A stretch of 64,000 nucleotides of DNA from an uncultured Verrucomicrobiae bacterium. GTDB lineage: Bacteria > Verrucomicrobiota > Verrucomicrobiia > Limisphaerales > JAFGQR01. The stretch covers positions 32,001 to 96,000 of the forward strand of contig CAWBHS010000058.1 in NCBI GenBank assembly GCA_963788655.1. The letters run 5' to 3'. Shown here one piece after another: positions 53,301 through 63,843 of this stretch. The notes beneath the pieces are model-generated. The model made no database searches. It worked only from the letters and a program-made list of their open reading frames with translations, and was not told the origin of the DNA. Each line of letters opens with the position of its first letter. The stretch's first letter is position 1. Made by a program: the position numbers and the translations under genes.

Positions 53301-56300
53301 GATCCGAGGTTGCAATACATCCCGCAAGTGGCGGAGACGACCTTCACCAACTGGGCCTCGGCGCAAGTGCTGTGGGATTGGTTCCGCCTGCGCCCCGGCT
53401 CTCCCGCCGCCGGCACCGGCCCCAACGGTCAGGACAAAGGTGTGCCGCTGCACCTGACCAGCAACTCAATCCTTCAGCCGCTCCTCGGCGTGTCGATTGC
53501 CGGCGCACCCGTCGGCAGCACCCCGCAAACCAGTGCCACGTTGACGATTGGTGTGAACCGCATCGGCAGCGGCCTTTCCGCAACGGGTTGGCCCGACGGC
53601 TCCGGTTACACCCATTACCGCTGGCGCTTGGATGGTGCCGTCTGGAGTGCGGAGACGCCATTGGCCACGCCCATTTCGCTGACCGGCCTGCCCAACGGGC
53701 CCCACTATGTTGAAGTGATTGGCATGAACGACGCAGACTCGTATCAAAACGACGAAGTCCTGGGCCCGGACGCTGGGATCACCCGCACGCCGACTTGGAT
53801 CGTGAGTCCGGCGGCCTCGGATGTTCGGCTGAATGAAATCCTGGCGCGGAACGACTCGGCGGTGCCCGTTGAAGGACGGTTCCCCGACTTGATCGAACTC
53901 TACAACGCCGGATCGGCTCCGGTGGACCTCACGGGAATGGGCCTCACCGACCAACGTGGAACACCGGACAAATTCCTCTTCCCGGCGGGAACCATTCTGG
54001 CCGCGCACGAATACCTGGTGCTGTATGCCGACAACGAAACCACCCCGGCGGGATTGCACCTCGGGTTCGCGCTCAACGCGGACGGCGACGACGTTTCCCT
54101 GTTCGGAACGAACGGTGTCTTGCTGGACTCCGTCGCCTTTGGCGCGCAATTGGCGGACCGCTCGATTGGCCGGCTGGCGGATGGACAATGGGCGTTGGGT
54201 CAACCCACTTTCGGTTCGGTCAATGTGCCGGTCGAGGTCGGCGACGAACACGCGCTCCAGATCAACGAATGGCTCGCGAGCAGTCCGCTGTTCGGCTACG
54301 ACTTCATTGAACTCTACAATCCGGGTGCGCTGCCCGTTTCGCTGGGTGGACTGTTCTTGACGGACAATCCGATTGACTGGCCCGACCGCCATGCCATTGC
54401 GGACCTCACGTTCATTCCGGCCTACGGCTACCGCGTGTTCATCGCGGACGGCCAACCGGGCAGCGGTCCCGATCATCTCAACTTCGCGTTGTCCGCGGAC
54501 CTGGGCACCATTGCCTTGTTCGATACGTCGCTCGGGTTGATTGACTGCGTGTATTATCCGCCGCAACAGGCGGACATTTCGCAAGGCCGCTCGCCGAATG
54601 GCGGAATGAACATCGTCACGTTCTCTCAACCAACGCCGGGCTCCGCCAATCCTGGTCCGACGTTCGAACTCGGCTTCGGCCTCGCGCTGAACGAACTCAT
54701 GGCCAACAACAGCAGTTACACCGATGCCGATGGCACCATCACCGATTGGGTCGAACTCTACAACGGCACCAACGTCACAACCTCGCTCGCCGGCATGAGC
54801 CTGAGTGACAATCTGGCCGATCCGCGACGCTGGGAATTCCCGGCCGGTGTCTCGATCCCTCCTTTCAGTTACTTGAAGATCCGGTGCGAAGGCAGCCTGC
54901 CCGCCTCGACCAACAATGAAGCCTTGCTCAATACCGGCTTCGGCCTCAAGGCCAGCGGCGGCGGCCTGTATCTCTTTGACACACTGGCCAACGGCGTCGG
55001 TCTGCTGAGCGGAATTACCTACGGTCTGCAGGCGGTTGATTTCACCATCGGTCGCGTGCCGGATGGTTCGACCAATTGGACCCTCACGCTACCCACGCCC
55101 ACCACCGCCAACATCGCCGCCAGCTTGGGCTCGCCGGCGCTGGTGCAGATCAACGAGTGGATGGCCGAACCCACTTCCGGTGCCGATTGGTTCGAACTCT
55201 ACAATCCAAGCGGCCAACCGGTCGCCTTGGGCGGCATGTATCTGACCGACAATCTGACGCAGCCGACGAAGTCCCGCATTCCGGCGTTCTCCTACCTCGG
55301 GGCTGGGACCAACGGGTGGCAGAAATTCGTTGCCGACAGCGATCCCGCCGCCGGCGCCGATCATGTCGATTTCAAGATGAACGGCGACGAAGGCGAAGAA
55401 CTGGGATTGATTACCGCGGCGGGCGTGTGGATTGATGCCGTGCAATACCTGCCCCAACTTCCCGGCGTCTCGGAAGGTTCCTTCCCCGACGGCAGCGACA
55501 CCATCGTCCGCTTCCCCGGCACCGATTCGCCCGGCGAATCCAATTACCGCTGGTTGACGGACGTGGTGATCAACGAAGTGATGACCCACACGCCCATCGG
55601 CTCGCCCTTCGAGGATGCCATCGAATTGCACAACGTCACTGACGCTTCGGTGGACATCAGCAGTTGGTGGCTCAGCGATTCCCGGAACTTCCTGCAAAAG
55701 TTCCGCATCCCCGACGGCACGATACTTCCCGCCCAGGGTTACCAGGTCTTTTATGAAAACCAGTTCAACTTTGATCCAATCAATGATCCGGAGCGCAGCT
55801 TTGCCTTGAGCGGCGCGCACGGGGATGATGTGATATTGTCATCCGCCGACGCCACCGGCGAGTTGGATGGTTACCGGACCCGCCAGAAATTCGGAGCCGC
55901 CAGTGCCGGGGTGTCCTTGGGCCGCTACGTGGACAGCCTGGGGCAACCGCAGTTCGTGGCGTTAAACGCCCGGACCTTTGGGGCGGATGATCCGGCCACG
56001 GTCGAAGAATTCCGGATGGGCACCGGCGAATCGAACGCGTATCCGCTGGTCGGTCCCATCGTGATCAGCGAAATCATGTTCAATCCACCGCGGCTGGGTA
56101 CGAACGACAACGTCCGCGACGAGTATATCGAACTGTACAACTCCAGCATGGTACCGGTGCCCTTGTATGATTCGATTTATCCTACCAACACCTGGAGCTT
56201 CCGCGACGGAGTGGATTTCACCTTCCCCACCAACATGTCAATCGCCTCGGGCGACTTCGTGTTGGTCGTGAGCTTTGATCCGGTCACTGACCCCGATTCG

Positions 56301-56999
56301 CTGGCGGCCTTCCGCGCCACGTATCAATTGAATGCCAGCGCCACCATTGTCGGCCCCTACAGCGGCAAATTGAACAATGACGGCGAGAAGCTTGGCCTCT
56401 ACAAACCGGACGTGCCCGTGAACGAAACCAACCAGGACGACAGCGTTACCGTGTTTGTGCCCTCGGTGCTGGTCGAACAGGTCGATTATCTGCCCGGTTT
56501 GCCGTGGCCGATTGGCGCCAGCGGGACGAGCAACTCGTTGCAGCGCGTGAGTGCCGCGGAGTTTGGGAATGATCCCGCGAACTGGATCGTCGGCGCGCCC
56601 AATCCCGGACCGCAAGCCGTCGTGCTCGACAGCGATGGCGACGGCATGCCCGACGCGTGGGAAGACGCCAACGGACTGAAGGCGAATGATCCCACCGACG
56701 CCTCGGAAGACCCCGATGGTGACGGCCTGACCAACCTGGAAGAATACCGGGCGGGGACCAATCCGCACGACGGCACCAGCAGCCTCGCCGTGACGATCAC
56801 CACCAGCGGCGGCATGGAACTAAGCTTTGTGGCGGTCGCGGACCATTCCTACACGGTGGAATACCGGGATTCGTTGAGCGAAGGAACCTGGTTGCCACTC
56901 GAACTCGTGCCGGCCCTCAGCACTCCGGCCACCCGCGTGGTCAACGTGTCCGATCCGGAATTCTCGGCCACCCGGTTCTACCGCATCCGCACGCCGTAA
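44342..56999 (+). CDS. Giant secreted protein (~4,220 aa): Ig repeats, LamG, CotH kinase, parallel beta-helix, multiple lamin-tail domains, TSP3-like repeats, RFYR C-terminal domain; +1 indel near 51350
   Basis: Signal peptide MKFHRIF...GLAA. LamG motifs WNHAAVTFDG/LDEVRIW; LTD motifs NEIM/EWIELYN repeated; CotH-like VRIRGAGSR, GDDY, PHDFD; DSDGDGMPDAWE. LLGST joins LVTNTG after removing one C. Confidence 0.88.
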
Positions 57000-57143
57000 A
57001 CCGGGGTGCGCGCCAACACCAACGTGCCACGCGAATGCTCGCGTTGGACCACCGTCACGAGACGTTCAAAGACTGGTCCGCCCGAGGCTTGCTTATTGCC
57101 GATATTACCGGATTGGTTTCCGGCAGACGCTGAGATTGCTTTG

Positions 57144-57749
57144 CTAGCGAAGACTCCGCGTGCGATCCGAACGTCCGTAACGGACCAGCACCCACGCGGA
57201 CGTCGCGCCGGCCAGAAAGCCGCAAACATGACCGGCCCAGGAAATCCCGGGTTGCGCCGGCAGCAATCCCCACATCATCCCGCCATACAGAATGCCCACG
57301 ATTAATCCACTCAGAATGGACACGGGATTAAAATCGATGAGGCCCCGCACCATCAGGAAACCGAAATAACCGAAGATCAAGCCACTGGCACCGATGTGAA
57401 CCGTATGCGCCGTTCCGATCAACCAAGTGCCCAGACCGCCCAGGAGAACGATAACCACGCTGACCTCGAGGAACTCTTTGATCCCCCGCAGCATCACGAA
57501 CCAGCTCAAAACCAGAAGCGCCGTGGTGTTCGCCGCGAGGTGCTCCCAGTTGCCATGCAGGAAAGGCATGAACAATATCCCCCCCAGTCCCCGAAGTTCG
57601 CGCGGGCGCACTCCGTAAACATCCAGTCTCCCGCCGAGCAGCCAGTCCACGGCCTCGATGCCCCACAGGAGCACCAGGATCAGCGCCAATACGGTCAATC
57701 GCTGTGGGATCGTTGAACGTCTCTTCAATTCGACTTGATCGGAATCCAT
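57144..57749 (-). CDS. Rhomboid intramembrane serine protease
   Basis: PFLHGNWEHLAAN, HIGASG (Ser), SWAGH (His). Confidence 0.93.
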   Translation of the reverse strand: MDSDQVELKRRSTIPQRLTVLALILVLLWGIEAVDWLLGGRLDVYGVRPRELRGLGGILFMPFLHGNWEHLAANTTALLVLSWFVMLRGIKEFLEVSVVIVLLGGLGTWLIGTAHTVHIGASGLIFGYFGFLMVRGLIDFNPVSILSGLIVGILYGGMMWGLLPAQPGISWAGHVCGFLAGATSAWVLVRYGRSDRTRSLR

Positions 57750-57835
57750 GTTGATCCGGTTACCAGATTGGACGAGCGCAGAGCCGGATTACCGCCCCGT
57801 CCATCGCCAGGATCGTTCCTCGGCCGGATGGATGT

Positions 57836-58450
57836 CTATTTAAGATGAATCTCCGGATCATCCTCGTAGGCGGAGTCGAGGTGGCAAAGCAGGTGGAGCA
57901 CGAGCGCGAAGATTTGGAAGAGGGATTTGAGTCGTTCCACGTCTTTGATGACCCCGACTACGCGAAAATAAAGCTCGTCCACCCCTGCCGGAAACTCAGC
58001 GCCGAACCATCCTTCATCGTCTTTGACTTCGAGGTGAAAATCGGGCTGCGCGGCAATCATTCCCCGCAACGTTTCGTGCGCACACAGGCTTCTCACCTTG
58101 GCGGGATCGTTGCCCTGGATAATGAAGGGTTCATCGAACGCCGGATATCCCACGCGGATGTCCTCCATTCCCATCATCTTCCCGAGTCCGCTAAAGATGC
58201 TCTTGCGATAAATGCGAAATCGAAAGCCATCCTTGTTATAATAGGGAGCCCGGAGTCGGGTGTAGGTGGTGCTGCTCTTACCGGTGGAAACCGTGTACGT
58301 GTCGAGCGTAATGGTCCAGTCCTTCACCTTGATCATCACCTTGGAACCCCGCCAGAATCCGCCATCGACATATTGCGCACCCGTCTCCACGCAAAGACGC
58401 CGCCATATTTCTTCCCGGCTGGGACCAAACAATTGTCGCAGAAAGCCCAT
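57836..58450 (-). CDS. Conserved hypothetical protein (DUF3137-like)
   Basis: LFGPSREEIW, WTITLDTYT, YTRLRAPY, GVDELYF; family assignment from recall. Confidence 0.6.
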   Translation of the reverse strand: MGFLRQLFGPSREEIWRRLCVETGAQYVDGGFWRGSKVMIKVKDWTITLDTYTVSTGKSSTTYTRLRAPYYNKDGFRFRIYRKSIFSGLGKMMGMEDIRVGYPAFDEPFIIQGNDPAKVRSLCAHETLRGMIAAQPDFHLEVKDDEGWFGAEFPAGVDELYFRVVGVIKDVERLKSLFQIFALVLHLLCHLDSAYEDDPEIHLK

Positions 58451-58499
58451 GCGCCCAAGGGTGCCCGAATCAGGAAGGGCAAGCAATCCTCGCCATTCA

Positions 58500-58526
58500 C
58501 CAATGGGACCAATGGGACCAATGGTA
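58500..58526. repeat. 9-bp tandem repeat, 3 copies
   Basis: CCAATGGGA CCAATGGGA CCAATGGTA in the divergent intergenic region. Confidence 0.7.
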
Positions 58527-58716
58527 ATTGATAGCCAAATACCCTCAACCGCATCTCCACGGTAATATCGCCGGTTTCATCAGCAGCACCTTCTGAAGGA
58601 AACCGATCGTAGAACTTTTTTGATCGTCAAATGCACGCTTTTCTTTTTTACCATCCCTGGTCAGACTTTTGACCCAAGATCATGATGTCAACATCAGTGA
58701 CCTGCCTTAAAAAGAA

Positions 58717-59733
58717 ATGAAGTCTATGAGTTTATCGACCGCCATCATTCGCTTTCTACGCCATACGGGACCGCTGCTTGTGCTGTGCGGCATGGTTCTC
58801 ATTGCATCTAAAGCAACCGTAGTTTTCAGCCAAATGGCCAGCCCCGAATTCCGCAAGCCAGCGACGGAAGCCGAGCTGCGCTATTGGTTGGACAACATGG
58901 TGCGCTATCATCGCTTCAGCGTAGCGGAGGTCTCGGCCGCCACCGGCTTAACGGCGGTCGAGGTCACCGCCGCGTTGACGAAATTCCACTTGGTGGATGC
59001 GCGTCCGGCCCAACGCCAACCTGGCGATCCGTTGCGCGTGCTGCCGTATCCCGGCGGACGCCATCCGCGCATTGGTTTTCTCGAAGGGGCCATCAATCCA
59101 CAGCGCGAGACCAAGTTCAGCGTGTTTACCCCGTGGGATGACGCCAGCTATGTGGTCGTGGATGTGCCCGAAGCCATCTTCTCGAATCTCGGCTTGACCT
59201 ACCTGGCCCATACGCACATTCCCACCATCTGGACCGAACGGCAGATCAAACTGCCCCGGCTCGAGTGGAATCGACATCCCGACGGCACCCTGGAGACGGA
59301 ACGGACGTTGCCCAATGGCATCGCCTTTGGCGCGAAAGTGGTCCCCGCGACCGACGCCGTGCGGATGGAACTTTGGCTGCGCAACGGCACTCCGAAAAAG
59401 CTGACGGGACTGCGCGTGCAGAATTGTATCATGCTCAAGTCCGCCGCCGGCTTTAATCAGCAGACCAATGCGAACAAGGTCTTTGCCAAGCCCTGGGCCG
59501 CGGTGCGTTCCGGGGATGGCAAGCGCTGGATCCTTACCGCCTGGGTGCCGTGCCAGCGAACCTGGGCCAACGAACAAGTGCCCTGCCTGCACTCGGATCC
59601 CCAATTCGCCGACTGTGATCCCGGCCAAACAGTGCGGGTGCGCGGTTGGTTATCGTTCTACGAGGGCACGGACGTTCAGGCTGAATTCAGGCGGATTGAC
59701 GCGACCGGATGGGCGTCGTCCCCCCTTGAGTGA
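58717..59733 (+). CDS. Conserved hypothetical exported protein
   Basis: N-terminal hydrophobic segment; LPYPGGRHPRIGFLEGAI, YLAHTHIPT, PCLHSDP; host-like codon usage. Confidence 0.75.
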   Translation: MKSMSLSTAIIRFLRHTGPLLVLCGMVLIASKATVVFSQMASPEFRKPATEAELRYWLDNMVRYHRFSVAEVSAATGLTAVEVTAALTKFHLVDARPAQRQPGDPLRVLPYPGGRHPRIGFLEGAINPQRETKFSVFTPWDDASYVVVDVPEAIFSNLGLTYLAHTHIPTIWTERQIKLPRLEWNRHPDGTLETERTLPNGIAFGAKVVPATDAVRMELWLRNGTPKKLTGLRVQNCIMLKSAAGFNQQTNANKVFAKPWAAVRSGDGKRWILTAWVPCQRTWANEQVPCLHSDPQFADCDPGQTVRVRGWLSFYEGTDVQAEFRRIDATGWASSPLE

Positions 59734-59996
59734 TTTCCACCATCGCTACGTATCCTGCCAGACGGCCATTTTCATCACCGTTGATTCGCGCTGTTGAACC
59801 GCGATTCTGCAAGCCGCACCGATTCATACTGTTTGGGCCATTTCACCCCTTCACCCCATTAATGGGCTCCCACACAATTGGGCTTGCCAACGACTACCGA
59901 ATGCAAAAGATAAGTCACGTTTAACGGCAAATCGGCCGGCACCGGTCCCTGGTTGGACCCAACAAAACAAAACATCAAACCGCAAAGGAAAGGCGT

Positions 59997-60596
59997 ATGA
60001 CAAAGATACTGGTGCTCTATTACTCGATGTACGGTCACATTGAAACCATGGCTCACGCCGTGGTCGAAGGCGCGCGCTCGGTCGAGGGCGTGGAGGTCAC
60101 CCTCAAACGGGTGCCTGAATTGATGTCCGAAGACGTGGCGCGGAAAGTGGGGGCCAAGCTCGATCAACCCGCGCCCCTGGCCTCACCCAAGGAACTGGGC
60201 GATTACGATGCCATCCTTTTCGGAACGCCCACCCGTTTCGGCAACATGGCGGCGCAGATGCGCAATTTTCTCGACCAGACCGGCAGCCTCTGGCTCAGCG
60301 GCAAGTTGGTCGGCAAAGTGGCCAGCGTGTTCGCCAGCACCGGTACGGGCGGCGGCAACGAATCGACGATTCTCACGTTCATCCCCACACTGTTGCACCA
60401 GGGAATGATCTACGTGGGGCTGCCGTACACCTGCCCGGAATTGACGAACCTCAGCGAATTGAAGGGGGGTTCCCCATACGGCGCCGCCACCATCGCCGGC
60501 TCGGACGGTTCGCGCCAACCGAGCCAAATCGAGCTGTCGATGGCGCGGTTCCAAGGCCGGCACGTGGCCACCATCGCGCACCGTTTGACGCCGTGA
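59997..60596 (+). CDS. wrbA: NAD(P)H:quinone oxidoreductase type IV
   Basis: [48 protein letters not shown]. Confidence 0.96.
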   Translation: MTKILVLYYSMYGHIETMAHAVVEGARSVEGVEVTLKRVPELMSEDVARKVGAKLDQPAPLASPKELGDYDAILFGTPTRFGNMAAQMRNFLDQTGSLWLSGKLVGKVASVFASTGTGGGNESTILTFIPTLLHQGMIYVGLPYTCPELTNLSELKGGSPYGAATIAGSDGSRQPSQIELSMARFQGRHVATIAHRLTP

Positions 60597-60731
60597 GGCA
60601 AATTGAAGGATTGTTGACAGGCGTCAATTCTATTGGTGCCAATTGGGGTAAATTCAGGACGAACGGTGACCGGCTGCTCGAGCATCGGAGTATTGCTGAC
60701 TGTGGCTTCCCTGGTTACCGGACCAACAATA

Positions 60732-61088
60732 ATGGCGCTGACGCACAAACGACTGATTCGCGAACACCGAACGATTTCGGCAATGCTGAACCTGTATTGC
60801 CGCGATCATCATGATCCGATGGACGGGCTTTGCCCCGAATGCCAGTCGCTGCTGGAGTATGCGGAGCAGCGGTTGGAACGTTGTGTGTTTCAAGAGCACA
60901 AACCGACGTGCGCCCATTGCCCGGTCCATTGCTATCGCGCCGAGTATCGGGAGCGGATCAGAGAGATGATGCGCTACGCGGGACCGCGCATGCTATGGCG
61001 GCATCCGCTTCTGGCCGTTCGGCACCTGCTGGATGGCCGACGGGAAGCGCCGGACTTGAAAGCCGTCGCGGCTGGTTCGAAAGGATGA
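60732..61088 (+). CDS. ygbA: YgbA / nitrous oxide-stimulated promoter family Cys-rich protein
   Basis: YCRDHH, CPEC, KPTCAHCPVHCY, MRYAGPRMLWRHP. Confidence 0.88.
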   Translation: MALTHKRLIREHRTISAMLNLYCRDHHDPMDGLCPECQSLLEYAEQRLERCVFQEHKPTCAHCPVHCYRAEYRERIREMMRYAGPRMLWRHPLLAVRHLLDGRREAPDLKAVAAGSKG

Positions 61089-61269
61089 AAGGGAAGACAC
61101 TTCTTAAACCCAGCTTCGCGCAGAGAACCCTCGATGAGTAGCAGCAGACGTTGAGTTTCCAACCACCTCCGGCTGGCCTGGCAATTTGCCCGCGGATTTG
61201 GGTCCCGGCCATTTCCGGCATTGGCCCAAGCCCGTTCCGGTTGCTACGCTCGCTGCCATCAACACGATT

Positions 61270-63843
61270 ATGAAGACACAACGAGTTGTTTGGCCCGTGG
61301 CTGGTTTATTCTTCGGGCTTCTGAGCGCAAGCTGCGGCACGGCTCTGTTCGCCGCCGAAAATCCCTCGTCCATCTCGCTCGCCGGTTCCTGGCGTTTCCA
61401 GTTGGACCGGGAAGACGTTGGCCAGCGGGAGAAGTGGTTTTCGCGCTCGCTGCCACAAACGATCAACCTTCCCGACGCGCTGCAAAACCAGGGCTTCGGC
61501 AATGACATCACGGTGGACACCCAATGGACCGGCGAGGTCGGCACGGACCGTTGGAAGAACGAACCGCAATACGCGAAATACCGCCAACCCGGCAATCTCA
61601 AGATCCCGTTCTTCCTCCAACCGGAGAAGCATTACGTCGGGGCCGCGTGGTATCAACGGGACCTCGAGATTCCCGCGACTTGGCAAGGACAGCGCGTGGT
61701 GCTGACGCTGGAACGTCCGCACTGGGAGACGCGCGTGTGGCTGGACCAGCGCGCAGTGGGCACAAACAATAGTCTCAGCACTCCGCACGAATACGATCTG
61801 GGCACGGGCCTCACGCCCGGCCGGCACACGCTCACGATTCGGGTCGATAATCGCATTCTCGTGGATGTGGGCGATTGGTCGCACAGCGTTTCGGATCACA
61901 CGCAAGGCAACTGGAACGGGATCGTGGGCAAACTCACGCTTTCAGCCACCAGCCCAACGTGGCTTGAGGACGTGCAGGTTTACCCCCAAGTCGCGACCAA
62001 AACAGTGATGGTGAAAGGCAGGATCGGCAATGCCGCGGGCCAAGCCGGCCAGGGAACGCTGAAGTTGTCGGTGAAGCCGTTCACCGCACGCAACCACGCT
62101 GGCCAGGATGAGCGTGCCACTTTAAACCAATCCCAAACCGCACCAGTTGCTTGGGATGCTCGCGCCGGCACTTCGAAGCCAAAGTGCCAATGCCATCGAA
62201 CGCGCAGCTTTGGGACGAGTTCAATCCGAGGCTTTACCGGCTTTCGGCGACACTTCAAAGCGATGGAAACAATCCTCTCAAACCAGCCGCCCTCCGTGCG
62301 GGAGGTCGCCTTCGGCCTGCGCTCCGTCGGCACCACGCCGGACAAGCTCATCACGATCAATGGCCGCAAGACCTTCTTCCGCGGGACACTCGAATGCTGC
62401 ATCTTCCCAAAGACCGGTTACCCGCCCACCGACGTCGAATCGTGGCGGCGCATCATCCGCATCGCCAAAGCGCACGGTTTGAATCATATCCGGTTCCACT
62501 CCTGGTGCCCGCCCGAGGCGGCCTTTGTGGCGGCCGACGAATTGGGTTTCTACTACCAGGTCGAGTGCGGCGTGTGGACGCAACCCGGCAATGGCAAGCC
62601 GATCGATCGATGGATTTACGACGAAAGCGAACGCATCGTGCGCGCTTACGGCAACCATCCGTCGTTCGTCCTGTTCACCCATGGCAACGAACCGCACGGG
62701 CCGAACCGCGACAAATTCCTGGCCGGCTGGGTTAATCACTGGAAGCAAAAAGATCCACGCCGGTTGGTCACCAGCGGCTCGGCCTATCCGCAATTGCCGG
62801 AGAACCAGTATCACGTCTATCACGGCCCGCGCGGCCCCAAAGGCTGGGGCGGCAAGGATTACACGGAGGCCGTCAAACAGTTCGACGTGCCGGTGATCGT
62901 CCACGAAATGGGGCAATGGTGTGTCTATCCCAACTTCGACGAGATGCCCAAATACACCGGGCCGCTCAAGCCGAAGAACTTTGAGATCTTCCGTGATTCG
63001 TTGGCCGAACACGGCATGTTGGATCAATGGCGCGACTTTCTGAAAGCCTCCGGCAAACTTCAGGTCTTGTGCTACAAGGAGGAAATCGAGGCGGCGTTGC
63101 GCACGCCCGGCGTCAGCGGCATCCAGTTGTTGGACCTGCACGATTTTCCCGGACAAGGCACTGCGTTGGTCGGCGTGCTGGACGCGTTCTGGGACAGCAA
63201 GGGTTACGTGACGCCCGAAGAATTCCGCCGGTTTTATAACCGCACCGTGCCGCTCGCCCGCCTGCCCAAACGAGTGTGGACCCGGGACGAAACAGTCACC
63301 GCGGAATTGACGGTCGCCCATTTCGGTCCGGCACCGCTGCCAGATGCGCCAGTATCCTGGAAGCTGCTGGACGCCTCTGGCAAATCAGTAGCCGGCGAGA
63401 AGCTGAAGACACGGACCATTCCCGTGGACCGTTCGGTGGCGTTGGGCAAACTCGAATTGGCTTTGCACGCGTTGCCCGCTCCGGCCAGCTACAAGTTGGT
63501 TCTTAAGATTGGTCCGCTGCCCTCCCCTGCCCCATCCGGATCATCCGTATTCGAAAACGACTGGAACCTGTTCATCTATCCGGCGAGCGTTTCCGCCGAC
63601 GCGTCTGCGGACGTCTTGGTGAGTGATACGTTTAGCGAGGCCGTCCGAGGCCGCCTTGCGATTGCTGGGCCGAATGCGGCGGGTTTACGTCGGGCGCTTT
63701 TTGATGCGGTGACGATCGCTGCTTGGTACGTGCAAGATCTTTTCTTGAAAGCGATCAAGAAAATGGGTTGGGCCTGGCAGGTGGTGCTCACGCAGGAGCA
63801 ATCGCTGAGGATTTCGCTTGACTGTATTCGGTCCAAGGATTAG
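61270..63843 (+). CDS. Glycoside hydrolase family 2; compensating indels at ~62170 and ~62291; 3' end probably truncated near 63660
   Basis: Signal peptide; LAGSWRF, WYQR, GNWNGI, LNHIRFHSWCP, NHPS...GNE, HEMGQW. The conserved LWDEFNPRLY lies in an alternative frame. Confidence 0.85.
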   Translation: MKTQRVVWPVAGLFFGLLSASCGTALFAAENPSSISLAGSWRFQLDREDVGQREKWFSRSLPQTINLPDALQNQGFGNDITVDTQWTGEVGTDRWKNEPQYAKYRQPGNLKIPFFLQPEKHYVGAAWYQRDLEIPATWQGQRVVLTLERPHWETRVWLDQRAVGTNNSLSTPHEYDLGTGLTPGRHTLTIRVDNRILVDVGDWSHSVSDHTQGNWNGIVGKLTLSATSPTWLEDVQVYPQVATKTVMVKGRIGNAAGQAGQGTLKLSVKPFTARNHAGQDERATLNQSQTAPVAWDARAGTSKPKCQCHRTRSFGTSSIRGFTGFRRHFKAMETILSNQPPSVREVAFGLRSVGTTPDKLITINGRKTFFRGTLECCIFPKTGYPPTDVESWRRIIRIAKAHGLNHIRFHSWCPPEAAFVAADELGFYYQVECGVWTQPGNGKPIDRWIYDESERIVRAYGNHPSFVLFTHGNEPHGPNRDKFLAGWVNHWKQKDPRRLVTSGSAYPQLPENQYHVYHGPRGPKGWGGKDYTEAVKQFDVPVIVHEMGQWCVYPNFDEMPKYTGPLKPKNFEIFRDSLAEHGMLDQWRDFLKASGKLQVLCYKEEIEAALRTPGVSGIQLLDLHDFPGQGTALVGVLDAFWDSKGYVTPEEFRRFYNRTVPLARLPKRVWTRDETVTAELTVAHFGPAPLPDAPVSWKLLDASGKSVAGEKLKTRTIPVDRSVALGKLELALHALPAPASYKLVLKIGPLPSPAPSGSSVFENDWNLFIYPASVSADASADVLVSDTFSEAVRGRLAIAGPNAAGLRRALFDAVTIAAWYVQDLFLKAIKKMGWAWQVVLTQEQSLRISLDCIRSKD
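63670..63830 (+). mobile_element. Possible degenerate DDE (IS4/IS701-like) transposase fragment fused to the GH2 3' end
   Basis: FDAVTIAAWYVQDLFLKAIKKMGWAWQVVL resembles the D-x-W-Y...FL...G-W segment of DDE transposases; abrupt change in codon style at ~63660. Confidence 0.4.

Noticed and set aside
57144..57749. Rhombosortase dedicated to the adjacent giant protein
   Set aside because: Convergent orientation, and the giant protein lacks a GlyGly-CTERM transmembrane tail.
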